DNA from: Nitrospirota bacterium
GTDB lineage: Bacteria; Nitrospirota; UBA9217
Direction of reading: 5' to 3'
DNA length: 64,000 nucleotides
Assembly (NCBI GenBank): GCA_963749655.1
Contig: CAVVOB010000020.1
Location: 40,854 to 104,853, forward strand
The notes under the pieces were generated by a model. The model was not told the origin of the DNA. It ran no database searches and worked only from the letters and a program-made list of their open reading frames with translations. Made by a program: the position numbers and the translations under genes. Each line of letters begins with the position of its first letter. Position 1 is the stretch's first letter. Shown here piece after piece: positions 38,388-48,274 of the stretch.

Positions 38388-39181
38388 CCTCCCCCCGAAC
38401 GGAAAATCGGCGATTGGGCCTGGCGTTGAGCGGCGGCGCTACCCGCGGACTGGCGCATATCGGGGTGCTCCAGGCGCTCGAAGACAACAAGGTCCGGCCT
38501 GACTGCATTGCCGGAACAAGCATCGGCTCCTTTGCCGCCGCGCTCTTCGCTTTCGGTGTGCCGCTCAAGGAGATCAGGCGGATAGCGCAGGGGATGACGC
38601 CCATCAAAGTGTCGCGGCTCAAGCTCTCCCGCCTGGCGCTGTTCTCGAACGAGGAACTGGGCAGGCTTATCCAAACCGTAATCGGTCACGTGAAAATCGA
38701 GGACTCCCCGATTCCGCTCGCCATCATGACCGTGGACATAGGCTCGGGCCAGAAAGTCGTGATGCGCACGGGCGAGCTCGCTCCCGCCATCATGGCAAGC
38801 AACGCCGTGCCCGGGCTGTACCGGCCCATATCCATCGACGGCCGCATGCTGGTGGACGGCGGGATCGCGGAAGACGTGCCCATCTCCCCCTTGAGGGCCA
38901 TGGGGGCCGACGTGGTCGTTGCCGTGAACCTCAGCGCGGAACGTCGATACAGCGTGCCGAACGACATCATCGACATCATCCTGAACGCCATCGACATTGC
39001 CATTGACGAGAATACCAAGGTGCAGGTGCGGCAGGCCGACCTGCTCATCGAACCGCGTTTGTCGCACTTTCCCCGCATGGATGTGACCAAGATCGATGAA
39101 CTGATCGCCGAAGGCCGCAGGGCAACTGAAGCGAGCATCAACAAGATAAGACAGCTCCTGGGCCGGGCTTCGGAAAAGTAG
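38384..39181 (+). CDS. patatin-like phospholipase (RssA/NTE family)
   Basis: SGGATRG oxyanion motif, GTSIG (GxSxG) nucleophile and DGG catalytic Asp. The start was moved to ATG 38384. Confidence 0.85.
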   Translation: MTSPRTENRRLGLALSGGATRGLAHIGVLQALEDNKVRPDCIAGTSIGSFAAALFAFGVPLKEIRRIAQGMTPIKVSRLKLSRLALFSNEELGRLIQTVIGHVKIEDSPIPLAIMTVDIGSGQKVVMRTGELAPAIMASNAVPGLYRPISIDGRMLVDGGIAEDVPISPLRAMGADVVVAVNLSAERRYSVPNDIIDIILNAIDIAIDENTKVQVRQADLLIEPRLSHFPRMDVTKIDELIAEGRRATEASINKIRQLLGRASEK

Positions 39182-39364
39182 TTGTTTTTGGCTCCTGTCA
39201 AAAGTTCTCCGAAAAGCGAAGGATGTTTTACCGCAGAGAACGCAGAGGCCGCGGAGAAATGAGAATCCAACAAAGGAGCAGGTAAAAGAAGGCCGGTTTT
39301 GAAGGAAGACAGCCAAGCTGAACGTACCCCGGAGAATTGTTTCGTCGAAGAGGGAGGACGCACT

Positions 39365-40031
39365 ATGGAAGTCATCGACGCACTCAATAAGCGGTACACG
39401 GTCCGCGCATTCAAACCGGACCCTGTTGACCGCACGACGCTCGAAAATATTTTTGACAGCTGCGCTCAGGGCGCCGTCATGGGCCAATACGCAGCCCTGG
39501 GATATTTACGTTGCAGGCGGCGAGGTGCTGAACAGGCTGCGCGAGGCCTACCTGCAGAACCTCAAAGACTGCGTGCCGCGGCAGCCCGACCTCACGGCGC
39601 CGAAACAGTGGCCCCCCGCGCTCCTCATGCGAATGGAGACGCTCCGCGCGGAGCGTTCGGCCACACTCGAGCGGGTCTGCCTTGACAAGTCTGTGTTGAA
39701 GGACCTGGCGACCATGAATTATCACTTCTTTTATGCGCCCGTTGTCGTGTACCTGTGCATGGACAAAACCCTTACCCCGTGGTCGGTGTTCGACCTCGGG
39801 CTTATGGCCCAGAGCATTATGCTCGCGGCTCAGCACCACGGCATCGGTTCGGCCACGGCAGTCACTCTGGTCGCCCATCCCGATCTGATCCGCAAGGAGC
39901 TCAAGATCCCTGACGAGCTTTCGATAATCATCGGCATCGCTCTCGGCTATGTGGATTCCGACCATCCGCAGAACCAGTATCGGAGCCCCCGCCGGACCGT
40001 TCAGGAAGCCGTCAACTTCAGGGGAATTTAG
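39365..40031 (+). CDS. nitroreductase family protein, single apparent +1 frameshift in T5 run 39450..39454
   Basis: MEVIDALNKRYTVRAFKPDPVDRTTLENI in one frame is followed by LTAALRAPSWANTQPW... in the next (ORF 39426..40031). Removing one T joins them. Confidence 0.85.
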
Positions 40032-40111
40032 GGGCGCGCGATAGTGCGGCGTCGGGAGCCTTAGAGAAACAGTTCTTCCCGGTGTTGATGTCGCCCCATT
40101 TGTTCACGGCA

Positions 40112-41077
40112 TCAGAATTTTCGGATGAGGGCTGCGGAGATCGCCACTTGCGACGACGTTATCTTGTCAGGGATATCATACGTAACGCCCGAACCATCGT
40201 AGAAATACTGGTGCTGCGTCCCTTCCGTTGAAATACTCAGATATTCTCCATTGATGCCCATGCTCCAATTCTCTGAAAAGCCCCACAAGCCGCCCAGTGA
40301 CGCCAGATAAGCCGTTCCCGACGCGGTGCAGGTGCTTACTTTTGACCGAAGAATATGGTCGTCACGGTCCTTTGCCTGCGCAGACGGCGCATAGGCAATC
40401 CGCGCATTGGCAGTGAAGTCCTTACCTGCCTTGAAGTTTGCATCGAGGCCCGCATAGAATAGATCATAGATGACCTCATAGGTTCCCACAGGCCCGGAAA
40501 CGTATCCCGTGAAGGAGGAGGCGTAGGGTCCATACCCGACCTGGTTTACGTTGCTGACGTCGTAATTGAATTTCTCATGTCTGAAGCCGAGCAAAAGGCC
40601 GACCTTTGCATTCTCCCCTACTTCCGATCCGATGATCGCCCGGACATCAATGATCTCCGCTTTTAACTCCGAATCGGACTCGGAATAGATATCCTTGCCG
40701 GGATGGGCCGACCCTACCTCAACTATGTCCATATCATTGGTCAGCCAGTCTGAATCCTTTACTTTTCCCGATCCGGAGTCCACATTTCTCTTCGCCGACA
40801 GATCGACCCGGAAAAAGGACCTTTTCGCATGGTTTTCGGAGTGATACCCCAGGTTAACGCCGGCAAGAATGGTGCTCAGGGGAAATTCCAGTTCGCTTTC
40901 GATTCCGCTGCTTCCCGAGTACTCGCTGATATGATACATCGTATTTCCGAGGAGATATTCCGCCTGCAGGCCGACGGAGAACGAATCTTTTGTCCCGCTC
41001 TCCGCGGATAACGCAAGGTCCGGCACAGTCCAGAAGAACAAAGATCCTGCGAAGCAAAAGATGAAAAATGTATTCAT
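40112..41077 (-). CDS. omptin-family (peptidase A26-like) outer-membrane beta-barrel protease
   Basis: Signal peptide and C-terminal ...IRKF. KDSDW resembles the omptin D-x-D-W catalytic pair, DRDDHILR resembles the D-x-(D/E)-H-x-x-R of Pla/OmpT, and GFRHEKFNY resembles GYQETRFSW. Confidence 0.6.
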   Translation of the reverse strand: MNTFFIFCFAGSLFFWTVPDLALSAESGTKDSFSVGLQAEYLLGNTMYHISEYSGSSGIESELEFPLSTILAGVNLGYHSENHAKRSFFRVDLSAKRNVDSGSGKVKDSDWLTNDMDIVEVGSAHPGKDIYSESDSELKAEIIDVRAIIGSEVGENAKVGLLLGFRHEKFNYDVSNVNQVGYGPYASSFTGYVSGPVGTYEVIYDLFYAGLDANFKAGKDFTANARIAYAPSAQAKDRDDHILRSKVSTCTASGTAYLASLGGLWGFSENWSMGINGEYLSISTEGTQHQYFYDGSGVTYDIPDKITSSQVAISAALIRKF

Positions 41078-41238
41078 TTGGCCTCCCTCCGAACTCGCGA
41101 ACCTGCCGTCGCATAAAAAGCCCTCTCTCCGGATGCGCGAGAGAGGGCAAGGAGTATATTTCGTTCACAGTCGTTCGTCGATTTCGTCAATCGCCCGCAA
41201 AGCCGGCAAGGATCGATCTTCCGAACGCAAAGGAACGG

Positions 41239-41904
41239 CTAAAATCGATAGCCAAGGACTACGTTTGCAATGACCGAATTTCCTTTAACCGTGCTGTCAG
41301 CCCAGTATCCGTTGTTGTTCCAGATTTTCCAATCGCCGGTGAAAGACTGCGAACCGATTTCCAGACCCAGTTCGATGCCCGGTTTCGCAAAGGAATAATA
41401 TCCCCCTGCAATAAACGTTTGCGACTGATAGCTCCCCGAATCCGTCTTGTTCCAGTTGACGCCGGAAGTCGACAGCTTCGTCTTTCCGTCTCCGGTCCCC
41501 AGTTCAAACCTGCCCTCCCACCTGAGGTTCTCGCTCGTTTTGAATCCGACGCCCGCGGTAATGCTGTAACCCTGTGCATCATAGTCGAAGGTCGTATTCC
41601 CGTTCCCCACCCCGATATTTTCGCTTCCCGAGTGTTTACGGGAAAAATACCCGGCGCCGAGGATCCCGCTCACCTCGGGAGTAAAATAATAACTGTAAAG
41701 AAGTTCGATCTGCGCATTGCTGCTTGGTTCACCGCCTATTGAACCGGAACCGATACCTGCGATAGATACTTCGTCTGCCTGCGCGGCCATTCCATACTTG
41801 AGCCGCAAATCCAGATCATTCTCTGTCTGGCCAAAAGCCAGTGCCGGCAGAAGGACGAAAGCCGCCGCGACTGCCAAATTACGAATCGTTTTTATCATAA
41901 TCAC
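41239..41904 (-). CDS. small outer-membrane beta-barrel protein
   Basis: Signal peptide (AFVLLPALAFG), alternating amphipathic beta-strand pattern, and a terminal ...LGYRF aromatic residue. Confidence 0.65.
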   Translation of the reverse strand: MIMIKTIRNLAVAAAFVLLPALAFGQTENDLDLRLKYGMAAQADEVSIAGIGSGSIGGEPSSNAQIELLYSYYFTPEVSGILGAGYFSRKHSGSENIGVGNGNTTFDYDAQGYSITAGVGFKTSENLRWEGRFELGTGDGKTKLSTSGVNWNKTDSGSYQSQTFIAGGYYSFAKPGIELGLEIGSQSFTGDWKIWNNNGYWADSTVKGNSVIANVVLGYRF

Positions 41905-42242
41905 CCTCCTTCCTTTCGAATTTGAGCCTCTTCTGCTTGTTCATGCAAGGACCCGACAGAAATCCCCATGGACAATAATCGCAGGGCTTTTGAAGAACCA
42001 TGGTCGGGCTGCAACATCCTCTTTTTCGAACTAAAATTATTCGCGTGATGTTTGATTCTCAGGTGAGCATCGACGGGCTGCTGCTTACTGGTTCATGATG
42101 CCGGTGCGATCGTCAGGATCAGCGGGTGTATCACAAATAGATCGCAAAAGAAGCAGGTAATGGTCGGGAATTTCGGAAAGAATATCAGAACAGAGCTTAT
42201 GCGTCAACCAATAATTTAGTTCATATCCGGACGTTCGGCATT

Positions 42243-42272
42243 GCCCTATCCCCCGGACGATAGGGCGTTTTT
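42243..42272 (+). terminator. orphan intrinsic terminator on the + strand
   Basis: GCCCTATC (42243..42250) pairs with GATAGGGC (42259..42266), followed by GTTTTT. No annotated + strand gene lies upstream. Confidence 0.55.
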
Positions 42273-42297
42273 CCGCCTTCCTGTCCACGCCTTTGCT

Positions 42298-42358
42298 GGT
42301 TCAGGCTTGCAGCCTGAACCACCCGTTAACCGTTGGTTCAATCTGCAAGATTGAACCA
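42298..42358. repeat. two adjacent perfect triloop hairpins with GGTTCA half-sites
   Basis: GGTTCAGGCT-TGC-AGCCTGAACC (42298..42320) and TGGTTCAATCT-GCA-AGATTGAACCA (42334..42358). They lie about 185 nt upstream of the histidine kinase start. Confidence 0.85.
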
Positions 42359-42541
42359 GCGTAACAAGAAATCACCAAACTGTAACTTCTTCGGGACCGC
42401 CGCAATTATGCATGGCCCTCGTTTCCCGTGCGATTTATTTGCCGACCTGTCAGGCAAAACACCTAATATATTGGTATAATTAACGTGTTTGGGCCGTTCG
42501 GCCTGCGGATCAGAGCCGGCGATCGACTCACAACGTTCACT

Positions 42542-45421
42542 ATGAAAAAAATGACTCCCATAAAAATCATCCTTATCTTCCTGGTGGCCAGCCAGCTCTG
42601 GATACTCCTGACCGACATGCTCGTGGGAAGAATCGCCACGAGCCCGGAGATGTTCACCAGGCTCAGCATGATCAAGGGCGGGCTCTATGTTGCCGTCACC
42701 GGAACGCTGCTCTACTGGCTCATCTCCCGCTATGCCTCGGAGCGCGACAGCGCGGAAGCGGCGCTGCGGAATTCCGAGCAGTCGTACAAAACATTGTCCG
42801 AGAATCTGCCCGGGATCATCTACCGGGTCTTCAGCCGCGAGAACAACCGCATGCAGTTCTTCAGCAAAGGGGCGGGGGAAATAACCGGCTGTACGGACCA
42901 GGAACTGGCGCAGGGCTCGGTATGCCCTCTCGAAAGGCTCATCCTTGACGAGGACCGTCCTCAAGTGGTCGCCGTCGTGGAAAACGCCGTTGCCGGGCAC
43001 AAGCCCTTTACGGTGGAATACCGGCTGCGTCACAAGGACGGCAGCGTTCACTTCCTGCTCGAGAAAGGCACGCCGGTCTACGGCCCTGACGGAAAGATAC
43101 TCTATATCGACGGGGCCATATTCGACGTCACGGACCGGAAAAAGGCGGAAGAGGCGAAACGGCAGAGCGACAGCCAGTTTCTCGCTCTGTTCGACCACGC
43201 ACCGCTGGGAATCGTGCAGGTGAGCGTGAACGCGGACAGGCGCATTATGAACGGCAACAGCGCTTTCCAGCACATGCTCGGGTACAGTCTCGAAGAGCTG
43301 AAAAATCTTTCGATACGCGACATCAGCGATGCCGGCAATGATCGCGCGATCAGGGGCAGCTACACGGACATGATGGCCGGCGAGATAGACAGTTTTACCG
43401 TGGAAAAGAGGTATATACGAAAAGACAGAACGATCCTCTGGGCGCACCTGACGGGGATGGTGATCCGGGACGACAAGGGCGACCTGCAGAGCATTTTCGG
43501 CATTGTGGAAGACATCAGCGAGCGCAAGCAGTCCGAGAACGCCCTGCGCGAAAGCGAGCGGCGGTACAAAGCCATCGTCGAAGACCAGGCCGAGTTCGTC
43601 GTACGCTACCTCCCGGGCGGCGTGATCAACTTTGCGAACGACACGCTGTGTAAATATGTCAAAATAAGCCGGGACGAACTGGTCGGCCGATCCTATTATC
43701 CCTTCATGCATCCGGAGGACCGGGAGGCCTTTATCCGCCAGATCGAGTCGCTCGACCGCGATCATCCCTCGATGGTCGCCGAAGCGCGGGTGGTGCTTCC
43801 CGGCGGCCGCGTCGCCTGGCACCGGTGGACGCATAACGCGATCTTCGACGACAACGGCGCCATTGTCGAATATCAGGCAACGGGCAGGGACGTCACGAGC
43901 AGCAAGCGGGTGGAGGAAGCGCTCCGCTCATCGGAAGCCCGCTTCCGGAACATTATCGAAAACGCAAACACCGGGATCATGGTCGCCGACATCGAGACCA
44001 GGCAGATCCGCTATGCCAACCCGGAAATCTGCCGGGTGCTCGGGTACAGTGAGCAGGAGCTCCGCTCACTGCTGACCACCGATCTGACGGTGCAGGCAGA
44101 GATGTCGGAGTCGGCAGCCAGTTTCCAGGAGCATGCCAAAGGAAATGTACATCTGTCGGAGCGTACCCTGAGGCGCAGGGACGGCATTCCGGTCAGGATG
44201 AGCATCAGCAGCGTCCGCATGGAGATCGACGACCGGCCGTCCCTGGTCGGGTTCTTTTCCGACGTTACGGAAAGGAACCTTCTCGAGGAAGAGCGTCTCA
44301 AGACCCAGAAGCTCGAGGCTATCGGTACGCTGGCAGGCGGGATCGCGCACGATTTCAACAATCTGCTGCAGGGCGTTTTCGGGTACATCTCCCTCGCGAA
44401 GCTGAAGAGGAACGACCGGGACAAGAGTCTGGCAGCGCTCGAGGAGGCCGAAAAGGCGCTGCACATGTCGGTGCGGCTGACGAACCAGCTGCTGACCTTC
44501 TCGAAGGGCGGCAAGCCGGTGAAAAAAAGGATCGACCTTGCCCCGGTGATCGAGAACGCCGTGAAGTTCGCGCTGAGCGGGTCACGGACCGATTACCACA
44601 TTTCGATCGATGACGGCCTCTGGCATGCCGATGCGGACGAGGGCCAGATGAGCCAGGTGATCCAGAACATCGTCCTGAACGCCGACCAGTCCATGCCCGA
44701 AGGCGGAGTGGTGGAGATCGCGGCCAGGAATGTCCAGGCGCCGAGCGACGGTCTTCCGCCGAATTTGCGGAAGGGACCCTACGTGGAGATCACTATTCAG
44801 GACAGCGGCGTCGGGATAGCGGAGCAGTACCTCACCAAGATATTCGACCCCTATTTCACGACCAAGGAAAAGGGGAGCGGTCTCGGCCTTGCGACGTCCT
44901 ATTCCATCATGAAGAACCATAACGGGTCGATCGAAGTCAGGTCCGAGCTCGACAAGGGAACGACCTTCTCTCTCTATATTCCCGCGGACGAGGCGGGGAA
45001 AACAACGCCCCGGGAAATGCCGGCGGCAGCGGCGGCGCCGGGACGCGTCCTGAGAGTGTTACTCATGGACGACGAGGAGCTCATTCGTGACGTTGCCGGA
45101 GAATTGATCGGGGAGCTCGGCCACCGGGTCGAGTTTGCGCTGAACGGCAGGGAGGCCATCGACCGCTACCGGGAGGCAAAGCGATCAGGGGACCCCTTCG
45201 ATGTCGTCATCCTTGACCTCACGATCCGCGGCGGCATGGGCGGCGCGGAAACGATGCAGACGCTTCTGGAGATCGATCCCGGGGTGAAGGCAGTGGTGTC
45301 GAGCGGCTACTCCGAGGATGCCGTCATAGCCAGCTACGCGGAACAGGGCTTCATTGCATTTCTTAAGAAGCCTTATACTGCCGAGGAGCTGGAGGAAATG
45401 TTCGAATTGTTCATCGCCTGA
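42542..45421 (+). CDS. multi-PAS hybrid sensor histidine kinase with C-terminal receiver domain
   Basis: Two N-terminal TM helices, about 5 PAS/PAC repeats (each ending ...DITERK / DVTDRK-like), an H-box IAHDFNNLLQ, a HATPase (DSGVGI...GSGLGL) and a receiver domain (LLMDDEE...DVVILDL). Confidence 0.9.
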   Translation: MKKMTPIKIILIFLVASQLWILLTDMLVGRIATSPEMFTRLSMIKGGLYVAVTGTLLYWLISRYASERDSAEAALRNSEQSYKTLSENLPGIIYRVFSRENNRMQFFSKGAGEITGCTDQELAQGSVCPLERLILDEDRPQVVAVVENAVAGHKPFTVEYRLRHKDGSVHFLLEKGTPVYGPDGKILYIDGAIFDVTDRKKAEEAKRQSDSQFLALFDHAPLGIVQVSVNADRRIMNGNSAFQHMLGYSLEELKNLSIRDISDAGNDRAIRGSYTDMMAGEIDSFTVEKRYIRKDRTILWAHLTGMVIRDDKGDLQSIFGIVEDISERKQSENALRESERRYKAIVEDQAEFVVRYLPGGVINFANDTLCKYVKISRDELVGRSYYPFMHPEDREAFIRQIESLDRDHPSMVAEARVVLPGGRVAWHRWTHNAIFDDNGAIVEYQATGRDVTSSKRVEEALRSSEARFRNIIENANTGIMVADIETRQIRYANPEICRVLGYSEQELRSLLTTDLTVQAEMSESAASFQEHAKGNVHLSERTLRRRDGIPVRMSISSVRMEIDDRPSLVGFFSDVTERNLLEEERLKTQKLEAIGTLAGGIAHDFNNLLQGVFGYISLAKLKRNDRDKSLAALEEAEKALHMSVRLTNQLLTFSKGGKPVKKRIDLAPVIENAVKFALSGSRTDYHISIDDGLWHADADEGQMSQVIQNIVLNADQSMPEGGVVEIAARNVQAPSDGLPPNLRKGPYVEITIQDSGVGIAEQYLTKIFDPYFTTKEKGSGLGLATSYSIMKNHNGSIEVRSELDKGTTFSLYIPADEAGKTTPREMPAAAAAPGRVLRVLLMDDEELIRDVAGELIGELGHRVEFALNGREAIDRYREAKRSGDPFDVVILDLTIRGGMGGAETMQTLLEIDPGVKAVVSSGYSEDAVIASYAEQGFIAFLKKPYTAEELEEMFELFIA

Positions 45422-45774
45422 CGATCGAGCGGGTCCGGCGGGCGGGAAATCTTCGATCTTCATTCCTCGGTCAAGGACGTCATGGCACGACCTTCCGCAT
45501 GGATAGACGACGGATCACCCGAAAATACCCCGTCGAAACCGTTGACAGGGGCCTCTATTTACTCTACTGTTGTCTATAGGGAGAACGGATACCGCTATTC
45601 CCGATAAAGTCATACAAGTTTTTTCACCGCAGAGAACGCTGAGGACGCAGAGAGAACCTTAATTCAAAATGTATTTCTCCGCTTAAGTAAGGAAGGAACT
45701 GCCGGGAAGGTCTGGGAACAACGGAAGCACCTGCAAAGAACGCTGCGTTCCAGCTGAATACCCGGTGAGGAGCC

Positions 45775-47517
45775 ATGAAGAACGAGCCTAACAGCAAGAG
45801 AGCCTACTTCAGGAATGACGACAGCGCCCTTACCGCGGAGCTGCTCACGGTTGTTCTGAGCAACATCTCGCAAGGGATGGTCGTCGCAGGACCTGACTAC
45901 AGCGTGCTCGCGTTCAACAAACAGTTCGAGGACCTTTGCCGTCTGCACCAGGGGACCGTCGAGCCGGGCCGTGATTTCAGGGAGATCCTTAAAATCTGGG
46001 CGGAGGTGACCGGGCAAAGCAGTGATATCCTGGAGCGGACGCTGCGGGAGCTTGACCTGCCCGCTCCCTTTGAGATCGAATATCCGCAAACAATAGACGG
46101 TTTGTGCCGGTGGTACCATCTGTCCCATACCCCGCTGCCCTCGCAGGGCTTTGTGCGGACTTATACCGACATCACGGAGAGGAAAAAGGCCGTTGAGCAG
46201 CATGCCTTCGACGCCTTCCATGACCCCCTGACAGGCCTCCCGAACCGGGCGCTTTTCCTGGACCGGCTGCAGCACGTCCTTGCCGCGTCGCAGCGGCGGC
46301 CCGACACGCCGGAGTACGCGGTCTTCTTCCTCGACATGGACCGCTTCAAGATCATCAACGACAGCCTCGGCCATACGATCGGCGATCACCTCCTGATCGC
46401 GGTCGGCCGCAAACTGGCCGATTGCATCCGGCCCGGAGACACTATTGCCCGTCTGGGGGGCGACGAATTCGCCATTCTTCTCGAGAACATCAGCGACCCC
46501 GCGTACACGGTCAGCGTTGCCGAGCGGATCAAGGAGAAGCTGGCCCACCCGCTCGACGTCAAAGGCCATGAGGTCTTCACCTCGATCAGCATCGGCATCG
46601 CCCTGGGCGCCGAACGCTACGAGCGGCCGGAGCAGGTCCTGCGCGACGCGGACATCGCGATGTACGAGGCCAAGGCGCGGGGCAACGCCTCGTATGAGAT
46701 CTTCGATACCAAGATGCATGCCAACATCATGGACCGGATGCAGCTGGTGTCCGACCTGCGGGGCGCGGTCGACCATAAGGAGCTGACGCTCTACTATCAG
46801 CCCATCATCGACCTGAAGACACAGCAGCTGACGGGGTTCGAAGCGCTCGTGCGGTGGAACCATCCGAAGCGGGGCCTCATCTACCCCATGGAGTTCATTC
46901 CCCTGGCCGAGGAGCACGGGCTCATCTACCAGATCGGGGCATGGATCCTTCACGAGGCCTGCCGCGAACTGAAGCTGCTCCAGGTGAGGTATCCGGCCCG
47001 TCCAGCGCTCACCATGAGCATCAATATTTCGAGCAGGCAGTTCTCGCAGCAGGATCTCGTCGGCATGCTGTCCGAAATTTTAAAGGAGACAGGCATCGAT
47101 CCGCGCAGCCTGATCCTGGAGATCACGGAGAGCATGATCATGGAGAACGTCAATGCCGCCGTCGAGACCATGAAGCGGCTGCGGGCCATGGGAATACAGC
47201 TCCATATCGACGATTTCGGCACGGGCCACTCCTCGCTCAGCTATCTGCAGCTTTTTCCGGTCAATGCGCTCAAGATCGACCGCAGCTTCATCAACAAGCT
47301 CACCGCCGGCGGCGACAACCAGGAGATCATCACTCACATCGTTTCCCTGGCCAAGAGCCTGAATTTCGAGGTGATCGCCGAGGGTGTGGAAAAAGAACAT
47401 CAGCTGGCCAATATCCAGAACCTGAACTGCGGCTACGGCCAGGGTTTTCTTTTCGCACGGCCCATGGCGTTTCAGGCGATCGACGCATGGATGCAGGAAC
47501 AGAAGCATCACTCGTAG
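45775..47517 (+). CDS. PAS-GGDEF-EAL c-di-GMP turnover protein
   Basis: RLGGDEFAILL, EALVRW, DDFGTGHSSL and EGVE motifs. Confidence 0.9.
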   Translation: MKNEPNSKRAYFRNDDSALTAELLTVVLSNISQGMVVAGPDYSVLAFNKQFEDLCRLHQGTVEPGRDFREILKIWAEVTGQSSDILERTLRELDLPAPFEIEYPQTIDGLCRWYHLSHTPLPSQGFVRTYTDITERKKAVEQHAFDAFHDPLTGLPNRALFLDRLQHVLAASQRRPDTPEYAVFFLDMDRFKIINDSLGHTIGDHLLIAVGRKLADCIRPGDTIARLGGDEFAILLENISDPAYTVSVAERIKEKLAHPLDVKGHEVFTSISIGIALGAERYERPEQVLRDADIAMYEAKARGNASYEIFDTKMHANIMDRMQLVSDLRGAVDHKELTLYYQPIIDLKTQQLTGFEALVRWNHPKRGLIYPMEFIPLAEEHGLIYQIGAWILHEACRELKLLQVRYPARPALTMSINISSRQFSQQDLVGMLSEILKETGIDPRSLILEITESMIMENVNAAVETMKRLRAMGIQLHIDDFGTGHSSLSYLQLFPVNALKIDRSFINKLTAGGDNQEIITHIVSLAKSLNFEVIAEGVEKEHQLANIQNLNCGYGQGFLFARPMAFQAIDAWMQEQKHHS

Positions 47518-47674
47518 AGTCTTTGAGAGGCTGCGACGTCCTCCCTGCCACAGAGCGGATCTCGTTTTTCTAAAATTGTGAATTCCTGGAGTTCATTTTG
47601 CTATAATCGCATCAGGATCTGCGCAGCGAGGGGTGCGATCACATTTTTAATCGGATATATGAGAGCGATGGGCC

Positions 47675-48085
47675 ATGCCTGAGGGAACGGAAAAAAGTCT
47701 TCAAGCCGGCGGTTCGCAGGAGAACATCGAAGAAAAGAGGCGGGAAAAACGCTACGACGTCCCTGATGCCTGCCGGAAGTATATCGCGCTCCGTGTAAAA
47801 AGAGGGGGCGAACTCGTGCCCGCTGTTCTGGGCAACTTCAGCCGCAGCGGCATTCTCTTCGAGTCTCCGGCATCCTTTGCCCAGGGAGAGCATGCCGAGT
47901 GTGTTCTCGCGATTTCCCTGCTGCTGTCCCGCGCAATATCATTCGGCATCGAGGTCAAGTACTGCTACGCGGACCACGGTTCCTATATTACCGGAGCTTC
48001 CATCCACACTATTTCAGATGAAACATGGTTCGATGTTTTCGAGGAAGTGCATGATTTCATCGTTCTGCGCCAGGGACCCGTATAG
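47675..48085 (+). CDS. PilZ domain protein
   Basis: RREKRYDV (RxxxR) and GNFSRSGILF (DxSxxG-like) motifs, 136 aa. Confidence 0.7.
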   Translation: MPEGTEKSLQAGGSQENIEEKRREKRYDVPDACRKYIALRVKRGGELVPAVLGNFSRSGILFESPASFAQGEHAECVLAISLLLSRAISFGIEVKYCYADHGSYITGASIHTISDETWFDVFEEVHDFIVLRQGPV

Positions 48086-48197
48086 CAACCATCACTTGGT
48101 AAGTACTGTAGTTATTATCGCTTTCATTCCTCGATATATTCCATATCTCATTTCGAAGTTTTCACCCCGATATATCAGAATACCGTTGGAAATTCGC

Positions 48198-48226
48198 TTG
48201 ATTAAAAATAGCCTGAGCACTATAAT
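48198..48226 (+). promoter_or_regulatory. sigma70-type promoter for the toxin-antitoxin pair
   Basis: TTGATT (48198..48203), a 17-nt spacer and TATAAT (48221..48226), 49 nt upstream of ATG 48275. Confidence 0.6.
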
Positions 48227-48274
48227 TGCTTAGAATCGCCACAAAAGAAGCACCACTAGTGTGCGTGTGCGGGT

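Noticed and set aside
37973-39487. 504-aa ORF on the minus strand
   Set aside because: It is antisense to the small ORF, patatin and nitroreductase genes. It has no motifs.
41905-42240. Possible c-di-GMP riboswitch in the 5' leader of the OMP gene
   Set aside because: The leader has some pairing potential (CCCGACCATGG...CCATGG..GTCGGG). I could not find the conserved GEMM-I/II core sequences (for example GGCAAACC or ACGCAAAGCC) on the relevant strand.
42085-42288. 67-aa minus-strand ORF in the OMP-kinase intergenic region
   Set aside because: It spans the + strand terminator hairpin, has no RBS and has an odd composition. It is more likely non-coding.
42338-43834. 498-aa ORF on the minus strand
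   Set aside because: It is entirely antisense to the well-supported PAS histidine kinase gene. The composition is biased (Arg/Ala/Val/Pro-rich) with no motifs, a typical shadow ORF in GC-rich DNA.
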